NCBI GenBank assembly: GCA_964016885.1
Contig: OZ024740.1
Location: forward strand, 304,792,001 to 304,856,000
DNA length: 64,000 nt
Origin: Eledone cirrhosa
Lineage: Eukaryota
Direction of reading: 5' to 3'
Shown here: piece after piece, positions 25,909 through 37,958 of the stretch
How the letters are laid out: the number at the start of each line of letters is the position of its first letter
Numbering within the stretch: the stretch's first letter is position 1
The notes under the pieces: model-generated
The model's input: the letters and a program-made list of their open reading frames with translations, nothing else
Database searches by the model: none
What the model was told of the DNA's origin: nothing
Translations under genes and position numbers: made by a program

Positions 25909-26276
25909 TCATAATAATAATAATTTTTTAATGGTTTCTAAATTAAAATCAATATGCTAATTAGCACATCATTGTGTAAGTTAACAACTGTGGTTGGTGT
26001 TATGAAATGTATTCAGGCGTAGAAACCAAGCTACAGTTAGCCCTGCATGAGTGAAACATGGTCCTCCAACCTGATCTCTCACAAAGGGACAGCCTGTCCT
26101 ACCCATGTTAGCATGGAAAATGGACGTTAAATGATGATGATGATGATGATGATGTATATGATGTAGATTTTGTTCACCTGTTCATTGGCGAAACACATGT
26201 CAATTATGTAATAAATGTTAGTCCTTTAACTGCAAAATTATTATATTCATGTTACTTATATTATATTATATATATA

Positions 26277-26657
26277 TCATCATCATCATCAGGTTTAGCG
26301 TCCGTGTTCCACGCTTGCATGGGTTTGGACGGGGGTTTTCCCACTTGAGGCAAGAGTGGTTGACTTGCTCGCATAGGACTGTCTGGCGGGTTTTCTACAG
26401 CTGGATGACCTTCCTAACACCAACCACATTTACAGTGTGGGGCTGGGAGGTTTTTACCGTGTTGCCTACACGGCCACATTTACAGCGTCGACTGTGTGTT
26501 TTTTTTTTTTTGTCGTGACACCTACACGATCTCATTTGTTTCGGCCTGGATGTTGTGGGACCAACATAACTTTACATTGAAAGGGGCGGTGTGGATGGGG
26601 TGGAGGTGGTGGGATGGGGGTGTGTTTTGATAGAGATGCCTACTGACTGTAGTAGGT
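26277..26657 (-). mobile_element. RTE family A, 3' UTR fragment flanked by (TA)n
   Basis: Near-identical to the reverse complement of 6850-7232. Confidence 0.9.
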
Positions 26658-26660
26658 TTT

Positions 26661-26749
<89 letters not shown>

Positions 26750-27464
26750 CATGGTTATGGGCTGTTTTACCTAAGCATACTGACACAGTTAAATTCTGAC
26801 AAGGGATTAACAAATTTTACAATATGCAATCATTTTTATACTTGTACCATGTTGCCAAAAACTTGGAATATATTTCTGACCCTGAAGTTCCATTCCACAC
26901 CAAGACTGTATATGTGTTTTACATATAAATACATTTTTGTATACTGAATGCATCTCTCCCTCTCCTCCTCTCCTTCTTCCTTGCCCAATAGACCTTACTC
27001 TTTCCTTCCTTTTCTTCTCATTTATAGCATTTATAGTCCTTTCCTTTACTTTCTTATACAGATCTGTCCTCCTTTACCCCTTCTCCTTTTTTTCATTACT
27101 TAAATTTTGTTTTTATCATTTTTTAAAATATTTTCCATCACTGTATAACTTTTATTTGTAAAATACAGTAGACTTGTAATATTTTTCTGGCTATTTAGTT
27201 ATGAGATGAAAGAAAAACAACCAAATAAAAATAAAATAAAAGTCAAACACACTGGAAGCATCTCCATCTATCTGAATCTTGATTGAAACATTTGCTTTCC
27301 CTTGTTACTGTGGGTTTCTACTGTCATTTTACACCACTATTTCTTTGTAAATCTGTGAAAAACACTGAGTTAGTGATGTGAAAGACAATTTGCTTATTAA
27401 ATTTTGCTAATCTATCTCCCGTGAAATTAATACAACAATTAATTTTCTTTATACATTAAAAGAC

Positions 27465-27776
27465 ATTCAATTTGGTGTTCATGCCAACCCTTACCTATGG
27501 TCATGAATCTTGGGTAATGACCGAAAGAATACAATCGCAAGCACAAGCAGCCGAAATGGGATTCCTCCAAAGGGACTTTGGAGTAACGCTACTCCATAAA
27601 GTGTGTAGATCGGAGATCAGAGAGTCACTCCAAGTAGAGCCACTACTTCTCCGAATTGAGAGATCACAGCTCCAATATTATGGGTATGTGGTTAGAATCT
27701 CCCAAGACTGAATCACTGGACAGATTTTACAGGCAAAAACCAACCGGCAGGAAACCCAGGGGAAGATCCCAAGCAA
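27465..27776 (+). mobile_element. Rex3/Expander-like RTE C-terminal remnant
   Basis: PTLTYGHESWVMTERIQSQAQAAEMGFLQR...VEPLLLRIERSQLQYYGYVVR. Confidence 0.75.
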
Positions 27777-28336
27777 GTATAGGACTGTCTGGCAGGTTTT
27801 CTACAGTTGGATGCCCTTCCTAACACCAACCACGTTTACAGTGTGGACTGGGAGGTTTTTACCGTGTTACCTACACGGCCACATTACAGCGTGGACTGTG
27901 TGTTTTTTTGTCGTGACACCTACACGATCTCATTTATTTTGGACTGGATGGTGTGGTACCAACATAACTTTACAGAGAAAGGGGTGGTGTTGATGGGGGT
28001 GGGGTAGGGGTAGTGGGATGGGGGTGTATTTTTGGTTAAGAGGGACCTACTGACTGTAGGTTTCGCTTTGTACTTAGGCAAGGCGGGTCTTCTGTATTAC
28101 TGCGTAGCGCCAAAGATCTCGGTCCAGTGACATTGTCTTGGAGAGGTGTAAGTGTGTAAGGTCGGAATTTATCAAATTGTCCCAGATTTTTCTGGGTCTG
28201 CCTACTCCGTAGCTTCCATCAATTTTGATCGCCCTGCACTTTTTTATACAGCTGTCGTCTTTCATGCGCATCACGTGACCATACCAACGTAGTCTTCTCT
28301 CAACTAAACAGCATCTGATCCCTCTTATTCCTAATT
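27777..28336 (-). mobile_element. RTE family A, 3' fragment
   Basis: [28 protein letters not shown] plus 3' UTR. Confidence 0.9.
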
Positions 28337-28500
28337 ATATATATATATAAAACAGTATATAGAGAGAGATATACACAAAGAGGTATGTGTTTAATTATAG
28401 GGGATAGAAAACCACAAGAGTGAAAAACATTATCTACGAAAAGAAAGGGGAACAACGATCAATTAAAAAAATTAATAAAAATGCACAAACCATCCAATAA

Positions 28501-28540
<40 letters not shown>

Positions 28541-28545
<5 letters not shown>

Positions 28546-30970
28546 GGCGACGGATGAGGTCTGTGGCTGGAGTGGGACCTCAAGCGGGGGGAAAGTGACT
28601 TGGTGGTGGAACAATGGGGTGGATGAAACGGTTAGGGCCGGGAGGCAGGCATGGAGGGAGTGGAGGAGCGGGGGGAGCAGGGTACATTACATAGAGACTG
28701 GAAGGGAAGCTAGGCGACAAGTATACTTAGCTAGGAGGGAAGCAGAGGATAGAAAATTCAAGCATGTTTTGCAACGTGAGGACCAGAAACACGAGGTGTT
28801 CAAGATTGCGAGGTAGTGTGTCAGAGAGAATTGTGATGTCATTGGAGAGAAGTGTATCCGGAATGATAAAGATGAGCTTGCCCTCACAAGTGCTGAGAAG
28901 AAGGATGCATGGAAGAGTCATTATGATAGATTACTAAATGAGGAGAATGCATGGGAAGAAGAGACCCTACCCCAAGTAGACCCTATAGAAGGGCCAGCAG
29001 TACAAGTCAGCAGCAGCATAGTAAGTAAGGCAATCAAAGATATGAAGATGGGGAAGGCAACCGGTCCATCAGGTATAGCTGAAGTCATCTGGGTCTGTAG
29101 GTCACACTATAACCACACGTATTGTTAACCAGGTAATACTAGAAGGTGTCATACCAAAAGATTGGTGCAGTAGCATCATTGTCAACTGCTACAAAGGTAA
29201 AGGTGATGCACTAGATAGAGGAAACTATAGAGGTATAAAGCTGATGGACCAGGTCATGAAAGTAACGGAAAGAGTTATAGCACAGTTGATTAGGGACCGG
29301 GTGCAACTAGACGAGATGCAATTTGGGTTTGTACCAGGAAGAGGCACCACTGATGCCCTCTTCCTTGTCAGGCAGTTACAGGAAAAGTACCTAGCTAAAA
29401 GTAAGCCACTCTACCTGGCATTTGTCGACCTTGAGAAAGCCTTTGACAGAGTTCCACGTGCTGTAATCTGGTGGGCTCTTAGAAAACTAGGAGTAGATGA
29501 ATGGCTTGTGAAAGCGGTACAAGCCATGTATAGGGGAGCAGTCAGCAAAGTTAGGATTAGCAATGAGTATAGCGAGGAATTTAGCGTACAGGTTGGGGTC
29601 CACCAGGGCTCTGTTCTTAACCCCCTCCTGTTCATCATAGTCCTGCAGGCAATAACGGTGCAGTTTAAGACCGGATGCCCATGGGAACTCCTGTATGCTG
29701 ATGACCTCGCACTTATAGCTGAATCTATGGTACAACTAGAGAAGAAATTCCAAACTTGGAAGCAGGGGCTAGAAAGAAAGGGTCTCAAAGTCAACATGAC
29801 AAAGACTAAGGTCCTTGTAAGTAGACGAGAAAACAGAACCCAGATCCCCTCAGGGAAATGGCCTTGCTCAGTATGTAGGAAAGGTGTAGGTAGGAACTCC
29901 ATTCTCTGCCCCAAATGCAAACAATGGGTACACAAGAGATGTAGCGGGATCTCAGGAAGCTTAATTAAGAATGTAGGCTTCACATGCAGCAGCTGTGCTG
30001 GGGCAGCAAGCAACAAACAGCCACAGGAAACAAGTACCACCAATCTCTGGGAGGGCTCTGTAGAAACAGTAGACAGCTTCTGCTACCTAGGTGACCGAAT
30101 TAGCAGCTGAGGTGGGTGTTCAGAAAGTACAATAACTAGAGTAAGAATGGGATGGAAGAAGTTTAGGGAACTACTACCACTGCTAGCTGCAAAAGGCTTC
30201 TCCCTCAGAATGAAAGGCAGACTGTATGATGCATGTATCCGAACAGCGATGTTGCATGGTAGTGAGACCTGGGCGCTGAAGGTGGAAGACTTACGTAGAT
30301 TAGAGAGAAACGAAGCCTGCATGCTCCGATGGATGTGTAATAGTAATATACGCGAACGACAAAGCATAAATGAATTGAGAGAGAGACTGAGCATAAGAGG
30401 AATCAAATGCTGTGTGCAGGAGAGGCGGTTGCGTTGGTATGGACATGTGATGCGTATGAAGGATGACAGCTGCATAAAAAGGTGCAGAGCACTAGAAGTC
30501 GATGGAAACCGCGGAGTGGGGAGACCCAAGATGACCTGGGATGAGGTGATTAAAGCCGACCTTACCCAATTACACCTCTCAAAGGCGATGACACACGACC
30601 GTGACCTCTGGCGTCACGCAGTAATACAGAGTACCCGACCTCCCATGGGTACAAGCTAAAGCATATAGACAATATGCCCCCACACCCCCCACTGCAAGGT
30701 GGTCGTGGAGGTGCCACGGCAAAAAAGCACCCAGCCCACACTGTAAAGTGGACGTGTAGGTGCCACGAAAAAGCACCCAGCACTCACTGTAAATGAGGTT
30801 GGTGTTAGGAAGGGCATCCAGCTGTAGAAATCAAGCCAAATCAGTTCCTGTATGAGCAAGGCATGGTCAGCCGACCGGACACTGCTCACAACAGGACAAC
30901 CCGTCTAACCCATGCTAGCGTGGAAGAACGGACGTAAAACGGTGATGATGATGATGATGATGATGATGAT
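28541..30970 (+). mobile_element. RTE LINE family B, 5'-truncated pseudogenised ORF (RT plus PHD finger)
   Basis: FVDLEKAFDRVP, GVHQGSVL, LLYADD and C-x2-C...H-x2-C finger. Stops at 28814 and 30108. Has the 3' UTR and (GAT)n tail. Confidence 0.95.
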
Positions 30971-31078
30971 ATATATATATATATATATAAGTAAAAGGGA
31001 TATTTAATTTATTGGTAATTCAACAAATATAAAAGTTTATAACTGATTCTAAGCACTCGACAACTTTTCTGAGGTATA

Positions 31079-31332
31079 ATATCAATGATATTAAATAAAT
31101 GGAAACTATATTTATAAAACCATATTTATTCTATTATATATATTTCAAGGGTACCAAAACTTTTCCAGGAAAAACTTGAACCGTTAAGATCTTCTTCCTG
31201 GATATGTCAATATTTATAAACAAACTTTGTATTTTATCTGATGAGAGCGTACCAATGTTTTGGTACGCTTGAAATATATATAATAGAATAAATATAGTTT
31301 TATAGTTTCCATTTATTTAATATCATTGATAT
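31079..31332 (+). mobile_element. Penelope-like fold-back fragment (inverted 3' end 31079-31160 plus forward copy)
   Basis: 31079-31160 is approximately the reverse complement of ~31257-31332. Contains a hammerhead and ends in (TA)n. Confidence 0.75.
31230..31290 (+). ncRNA. Minimal type I hammerhead ribozyme
   Basis: tattttat-CUGAUGA-gagcguacca(auguuu)ugguacgcuu-GAAA-uauaua-UA-atagaata, with an 8-bp stem I, 10-bp stem II and palindromic helix III. Confidence 0.85.
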
Positions 31333-31354
31333 ATATATATATATATATATAGTT

Positions 31355-31780
31355 ATTAAAAGCCGACCTTACCCAATTGCACCTCTCAAAGGCAATGACA
31401 CATGATCGTGACTTCTGGTGTCACACAGTAATACAGAAGACCTGACTTCCCATCGGTACAAGCCAAAGCTGAATCATATAGACAATATGCCCCCACTCCC
31501 TCCCACTGCAAAGTGGTTGTGGAGGTGCTACAGCAAAAAAAGCACCCAATTCACACTGTAAAGTGGACGTGTAGGCGCCACGGAAAAAAAGCACCCAGCA
31601 CTCACTGTAAATGAGATTGGTGTTAGGAAGGGCATCCAGCTGTAGAAATCGAGCCAGAATCAGTTCCCTTATGAGCAAGACAAGGTCAGCCGACTTGACA
31701 CTGCCCACAACAGGACAACCCGTCTAACCCATGCTAGCGTGGAACAACGGATGTAAAACAGTGATGATGATGATGATGAT
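31355..31780 (+). mobile_element. RTE family B, 3' fragment
   Basis: Homologous to 30548-30970. Confidence 0.9.
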
Positions 31781-31790
31781 ATATATATAT

Positions 31791-31900
31791 ATCATCATCA
31801 TCATCATCATCATCAACGTTTAACGTCCGTGTTCCACGCTTGCATGGGTTTGGACGGGGGTTTTCCCACTTGAGGCAAGAGTGATTGTCTTGCTCGCATA
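31791..31900 (-). mobile_element. RTE family A, 3' tail fragment (tail-to-tail with the previous copy)
   Basis: (cat)n-caacgtttaacgtccgtgttccacgcttgcatggg. Confidence 0.85.
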
Positions 31901-31939
31901 GATATATATATATATATATGTTTTGCAAGATTTTGCAAG

Positions 31940-32010
31940 ATATTGTTATATTTGGGGAGGGTCATGTTGTAATATTTTCTGGCAATATTATAACAACATG
32001 ACCCTCCCCA
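31940..32010. repeat. Short fold-back related to the 50.6-kb palindrome
   Basis: tggggagggtcatgttgt...acaacatgaccctcccca, sharing agatattgttatatttggggagggtcat with 50606-50633. Confidence 0.75.
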
Positions 32011-32021
32011 TATATATATAT

Positions 32022-33672
32022 TGTAGACCTGGAAAAAGCCTTTGACAGAGTCCCTGCTCCATTATATGGTGGGCTCTTTGAAAACTAGGTGTAGACGAAT
32101 GGCTTGTGAGAGCTATACAAGCTATGTATAATGAAACAGTCAGTAAGGTTAGAATTAACAATGAATATTGTAAATAATTTAGTGTAAAAGTTGGTGTTCA
32201 CCAAGGCTCTGTCTTTAGCCCCCTCCTATTTATTATTGCCCTTCAGGCTATAACAGAGGAGTTCAAGACCGGCTGCCCATGGGAACTCCTATACGCAGAT
32301 GATCTAACGCTCATAGCTGAATCAATGGCTGAACTAGAAAAGAAATTCCAAACATGGAAGCATGGTCTAGAATCAAAAGGCCTTAAAGTTAACTTGTCTA
32401 AGACTAAAGTCCTAGTTTGTAGAAAGGAAAATAAGGCACAGATACCCTCAGGGAAATGGCCCTGCTCAGTGTGTAGGAAAGGAGTAGGCAGAAATTCAAT
32501 TTTATGTCCCAAATGCAAACTATGGGTACATAAAAGATGTAGTGGAATCACAGGTAAACTATCTAAGAACGTAGACTTTATATGTGGCCGATGCTCAGGT
32601 GTAATAGGTAGCAAGTGTCCACAGGATACTAACCCCTTCTATTGCCCAGATGGTTCTATAGAAATAGTAGACACTTTCCGTTACTTGGGTGACAAAATCA
32701 GCAGTGGTGGAGGGTGCTCTGAAAGTACAGTAGCCAGAGTCAGAACGGGATGGAAAAAGTTCATAGAGCTTATACCGCTGTTGGCCACAAAAGGTTTCTC
32801 TCTAAAAATGAAAGGCAGATTGTATGATGCTTGTATACGAACAACAATGCTACATGGCAGTGAGACATGGGCATTACGTGCAGAGGACCTGCATAGACTG
32901 GAAAGGAACGAAGCATGCATGCTCCGTTGGATGTGTAATAGTAATATACGTGACCGGCAAAGCATAAATGAACTAAGTGAGAAATTAGGAATAAGAGGGA
33001 TCAGATGCTGTTTACTCGAGAGAAGACTACGTTGGTATGGTCACGTGATGCGCATGAAAGACGACAGCTGTATAAAAAAGTGCAGGGTGATCAAAATTGA
33101 TGGTAGTTATGGAGTAGGCAGACCCAGAAAAACCTGGGACGATCTGATAAATTCCGACCTTACACACTTGCACCTCTCCAAGACAATGTCACTGGAACGA
33201 GATATTTGGCGCTACGCAGTAATACAGAAGACCCGCCTTACCTATGTACAAAGCGAAACCTACAGTCAGTAGGCATCTCTTAACCAAATATACACCCCAA
33301 TCCACTACCCCTACCCTATCCTCCCACTCCCACCAACACCACCCTCTCTCTGTAAAGTTGGTGCCACAACATCCAGTCCAAATAAATGAGATAATGAGAT
33401 CGAGATCGAGATCGTGTAGGTGTCACGAGAAAAAAACACGCAGACCACGTTGTAATGTGACCGTGTAGGTAACACGGTAAAAAGTTCCCAGTTCCACACT
33501 GTAAATGTGGTTGGTGTTAGGAAGGGCATCCAGTCGTAGAAAACCTGCCAGATAGTCCTGTATGAGCGAGACACGGTCACCTGACCAACCTTGCCTCAAG
33601 TGGGACAACTCCCGTCTAACCCATGCTAGCGTGGAAAATGGACGTTAAAAGAAGATGATGATGATGATGATA
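32022..33672 (+). mobile_element. RTE LINE family A, 5'-truncated
   Basis: DLEKAFDRV, LLYADD, 315-aa ORF 32325-33272 with PHD finger, 3' UTR and (GAT)n tail. Confidence 0.95.
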
Positions 33673-33952
33673 TATATATATTTAATATATCATCATCATC
33701 ATCGTTTAAAATCCACGTTCCATGCTAGCATGGGTTAGTGAACATAGTAAGAGGAAAATATAAATAACAAGGTGGAAGATGGTCCAAATATTAATTTAAC
33801 ATTCAGGAGATGTGAGTAAAAATGTCAGTAGATAATGTTTCAGGCTATGACTTTCTTCAGAAAGTAGAGAAAGGACAAAACACATGCAAAACAAATGAAG
33901 AGAATGAAGGAGCTTCTGTTTTTTTGTTACTCTATTCACTATATTATATACA

Positions 33953-34367
33953 CTAGCAGAAAAACTAGCAAGTATATATACATGTAGATATGATATATCA
34001 AATAAAATCGTAATTGACAATATACACAGAAATCGAACGAAGACTGTGTTACACTGTCTTCTGTAATCAGTAACGTAATCCATGATACATTAAAAAAAGA
34101 TGATATTATATATAAACTGCATTAGGAGAAAATTAATGACGGAATATATGAATATTTATTTAAGCTATCGCTAACCGGAAGTGTTGAGATTTGAACATTT
34201 TAAAGAAGTGAATCTTAAAAAATAAGCAACAAAATTATTTATATTTAATCAAGAATAACGAAATTTAGTAGATAAATTATGTAATATTCATTCGTTATTT
34301 ATTCAAAGTAATCCAACTTATTTTACAAACAGGATAAAAAAAATATAGTACTTTATTATAGTTTAGA
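33953..34367 (-). mobile_element. Non-autonomous Helitron (same family as 3646-4342)
   Basis: Reverse complement matches 3646-4130, with TC 5' end and CTAG 3' end. Confidence 0.75.
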
Positions 34368-34653
34368 TTCACACAGGTTTTTGTGTTGCCTACTTTCACC
34401 AATTCTTGGATTTTTGACATCCTTCAAGCCCCTGAAGCTCTCTACATACACCTTAGATTATACAACAGGATTATCACCAAGAGCTATGAGATAGATTTCC
34501 CCTTTGATTGTTATATTTAACATATGTTTGTAGATTTCATTTCTAGAAAATTCTGTTTTGAAATATTAAATTGAGAGGGGGGGGGGAGTAAGTAGAGAGA
34601 GAAGGAGATAGATAGAGAGAAGGAGATAGCTAGAGAGTAAAGAGAGAAAGAAT

Positions 34654-34717
<64 letters not shown>

Positions 34718-35060
34718 TGATATTTATAGAATAATTATTAGATTATTTTTGGCTTTAAACACTTTACATGGATGCTAACAGAAGCAATGCTAAATCACAA
34801 GAGATAGAATTTTATAGAAATCTTTCAGTGTAACAGATATGTTTTTTTGTAATATTTTAGATTTTTAAAAGAATAATTTGTTTTCTTTTCTCCAGGCAGA
34901 AAATACATGAATGTTTATATTCAATATTATAGCAGACAATCAATTCTATATTTAGAAGATTTTTCAAAACAACACAAAGAGATTAACTGCTAATCAAATC
35001 AATTATTTAACTATACATTTGTGCATGTGCATATACACACAAACACACATAAACATATAA

Positions 35061-37909
35061 TATCATCATCATCATCATCTTCATCATCGTTTAACGTCCA
35101 TCTTCCACGCTTGCATGGGTTTGGACGGGAATTTTCCCACTTGAGGCAAGATTGGTTGACTTGCTCGTATAGGACTGTCTGGCGGGTTTTCTACAGCTGG
35201 ATGCCTTTCCTAACACCAACCATGTTTACAGTGTGGACTGGGAGGTTTTTACCGTGTTGCCTACACGGCCACATTACAGCGTGGACTGTGTGTTTTTTTT
35301 GTCATGACACCTACACAACCTCATTTGTTCCGGCCTGGATGTTGTGGTACCAACATAACTTTACATTGAAAGGGGTGGTGTGGATGGAGTGGGGCTAGTG
35401 GGACGGGGGTGTATTTTTGTTAGAGGTGCCTACTGACTGTAGGTTTCGCTTTGTACTTAGGCAAAGCGGGTCTTCTGTATTACTGTGTAGCGCCAAAGAT
35501 CTCGGTCCAGTGACATTGTCTTGGAGAGGTGTAAGTGTTTGAGGTCAGAATTTATCAAGTCGTCCCAGGTTTTTCTGAGTCTGCCTACTCTGTGGCTACT
35601 GTCTATTTTTATCGCCCTGCACTTTTTTATACAGCTGTCATCTGTCATGCGCATCATGTGACCGTACCAACGTAGTCTTCTCTCGAGTAAACAACATCTG
35701 ATCCCTCTTATTCCTAATTTCTCACTTAGTTCGTTTATGCTTTGCGTTTCACATATATTACTATTACACATCCAGCGGAGCATGCAAGCTTCGTTCCTCT
35801 CCAGTCTGCGTATATCCTCTGCACACAATGCCCAAGTCTCACTGCCATGTAACATTGCTGTTCGTATGCAGGAATCATACAGCCTGCCTTTCATTTTTAG
35901 AGAGAACCCTTTAGCGGCCAATAGTGGTATAAGCTCTCTGAACTTTTTCCATCCCGTTCTGACTCTAGCTACTGTACTTTCAGAGCACCCTCCACCACTG
36001 CTGATTTTATTACCCAGGTAACGGAAGGTGTCCACTATTTCTATAGAACCATCTGTGCAATGGAATGAGCTAGTATTCTGTGGGCACTTGCTGCTACTTA
36101 TTGCACCTGAGCACCGGCCACATATAAAATCTATATTCTTAGTTAGCTTACCTGTGATCCCACTACATCTTTTATGCACCCATACTTTGCATTTTGGACA
36201 TAAAATGGAGTTTCTGCCTACTCCTTTCCTACACAGTGAGCATGGCCATTTCCCAGATGGGACCAGTGCCCTATTTTCATTCCTACATACTAGAACTTTA
36301 GTCTTAGACAGGTTAATTTTAGGGCCTTTTGATTCTTGGCCATGCTTCCATGTTTGGAATTTCTTCTCTAGTTCAGCCATTGATTCAGCTATGAGCATTA
36401 GATCATCTGCGTATAGGAGTTCCCATGGGCAGCCGGTCTTGAACTCCTCCATTATAGCTTGGAGGGCGATAATAAATAGGAGGGGGCTAAGGACGGAGCC
36501 CTGATGAACACCAACTTTTACGCTAAACTCGTCACTATATTCGTTGTTAATTCTAACCTTGCTGACTGTTTCTTTATACATGGCTTGTATAGATCTCACA
36601 AGCCATTCATCAACACCTAGTTTTCTAAGAGCCCACCAGATAATGGAGTGGGGGATTCTGTCAAAGGCTTTCTCCAAGTCAACAAAAGCTAAGTATAGAG
36701 GTTTACTTTTAGCTAGGTATTTCTGTAGTTGTCGTACAATGAAAAGAGCATCTGTGGTACTTTTACCTGACACAAACCCGAATTGCATTTCCTCTAGATC
36801 AATTCGCTCTCTGATTAGTTGCACTATTACTTTTTGACTTGTCAATTAATTTAATGCCTCTATAGTTACCCCTATCTAGGGTATCTGCTTTACCCTTGTA
36901 GCAGTTAATGATGATGCTGCTATGCCAGTCCTTCGGAACGACCCCATTCTGTATGACTTGGTTTACTATCCGGGTGACCATAGTGTGTCCCACCATTCCA
37001 GATGCTTTCAGCATTTCAGCAACTATTTCCGAAGGCCCAGCCGCCTTCATATCTTTGATTGCCTTACTTATTATACTACCTTCAACTTGCACTATTGGAT
37101 CGATGTGGGGGAGACTGTCTTTCTCCCATTTATTCTCCTCATTTAGTAGCCTTTCATAGTGACACTTCCAAGCTACCTTCTTATCAGCATCAGTGATGGC
37201 AAGTACACCATCATCAATCAAGACACACTTCTCCCCGACAATATCATGGTGTTGTTCCTTGACACATTGCCTAGCAATCCTGAACACCTCACGTTTTTGG
37301 TCCTCGCGTTGTAGAACATGCTTGAACTTTCTTTCCTCTGCTTCCCTTCTTGCGAAGTACACTTGTCTCCTAGCTTCCCTCCTGGCCACTTAATAGTCTT
37401 CTCTACTTCACCCATCCCGCCATACTTTCCAAGCCTGCTTTTTGGCCTTAATCGACTCCTCCACCTTACTGTTCCACCACCAAGTTACTCTCCTCCTGCC
37501 TATAGGTCTGCTCCAGCCACAGATTTCATCTGCCGCCTTCAGCAGGTTAGCTTTCAGGAATTCCCACTGTTCCTCTATATTGTACGACTCTAATTGCTCT
37601 TCCTTACTGTCAAAAGCATCAAGTAATATGCTTTTAAATTTATTACTGGCTGTGTGGTCCTTTAGCTTCCATATTTTTCTTCTGAGGATAGTCCTCCTCT
37701 GTTGTTGAGTACGTCTCGTCCTAACTATGAGGTCACTGACTATGAGTCTATGTTGGGAGGTGCATTCTTCATGGGGGAGGGATTTAGTGTTTACAACAGA
37801 CACTCTATCACGTCTTCTGGTAAGGATATAATCTATCTGACTGGCGTGTTCCCCTGATCTATAGGTGATCAAGTGATTGTCTCGTTTTTTGAAGTTAGTG
37901 TTACAGATA
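35061..37909 (-). mobile_element. RTE LINE family A, longest copy (end of APE endonuclease, RT, PHD, 3' UTR), frameshifted
   Basis: NTNFKKR..TYRSGEHASQIDYIL..SQHRLIV (APE C-terminus); ORFs 37408-37909, 36799-37389 and 35457-36845 with YADD. Confidence 0.96.
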
Positions 37910-37948
<39 letters not shown>

Positions 37949-37958
37949 TATATATATA

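Noticed and set aside
26185-26205. gcGAAAcacatGTC hammerhead 3' half
   Set aside because: No CUGANGA or stem I upstream
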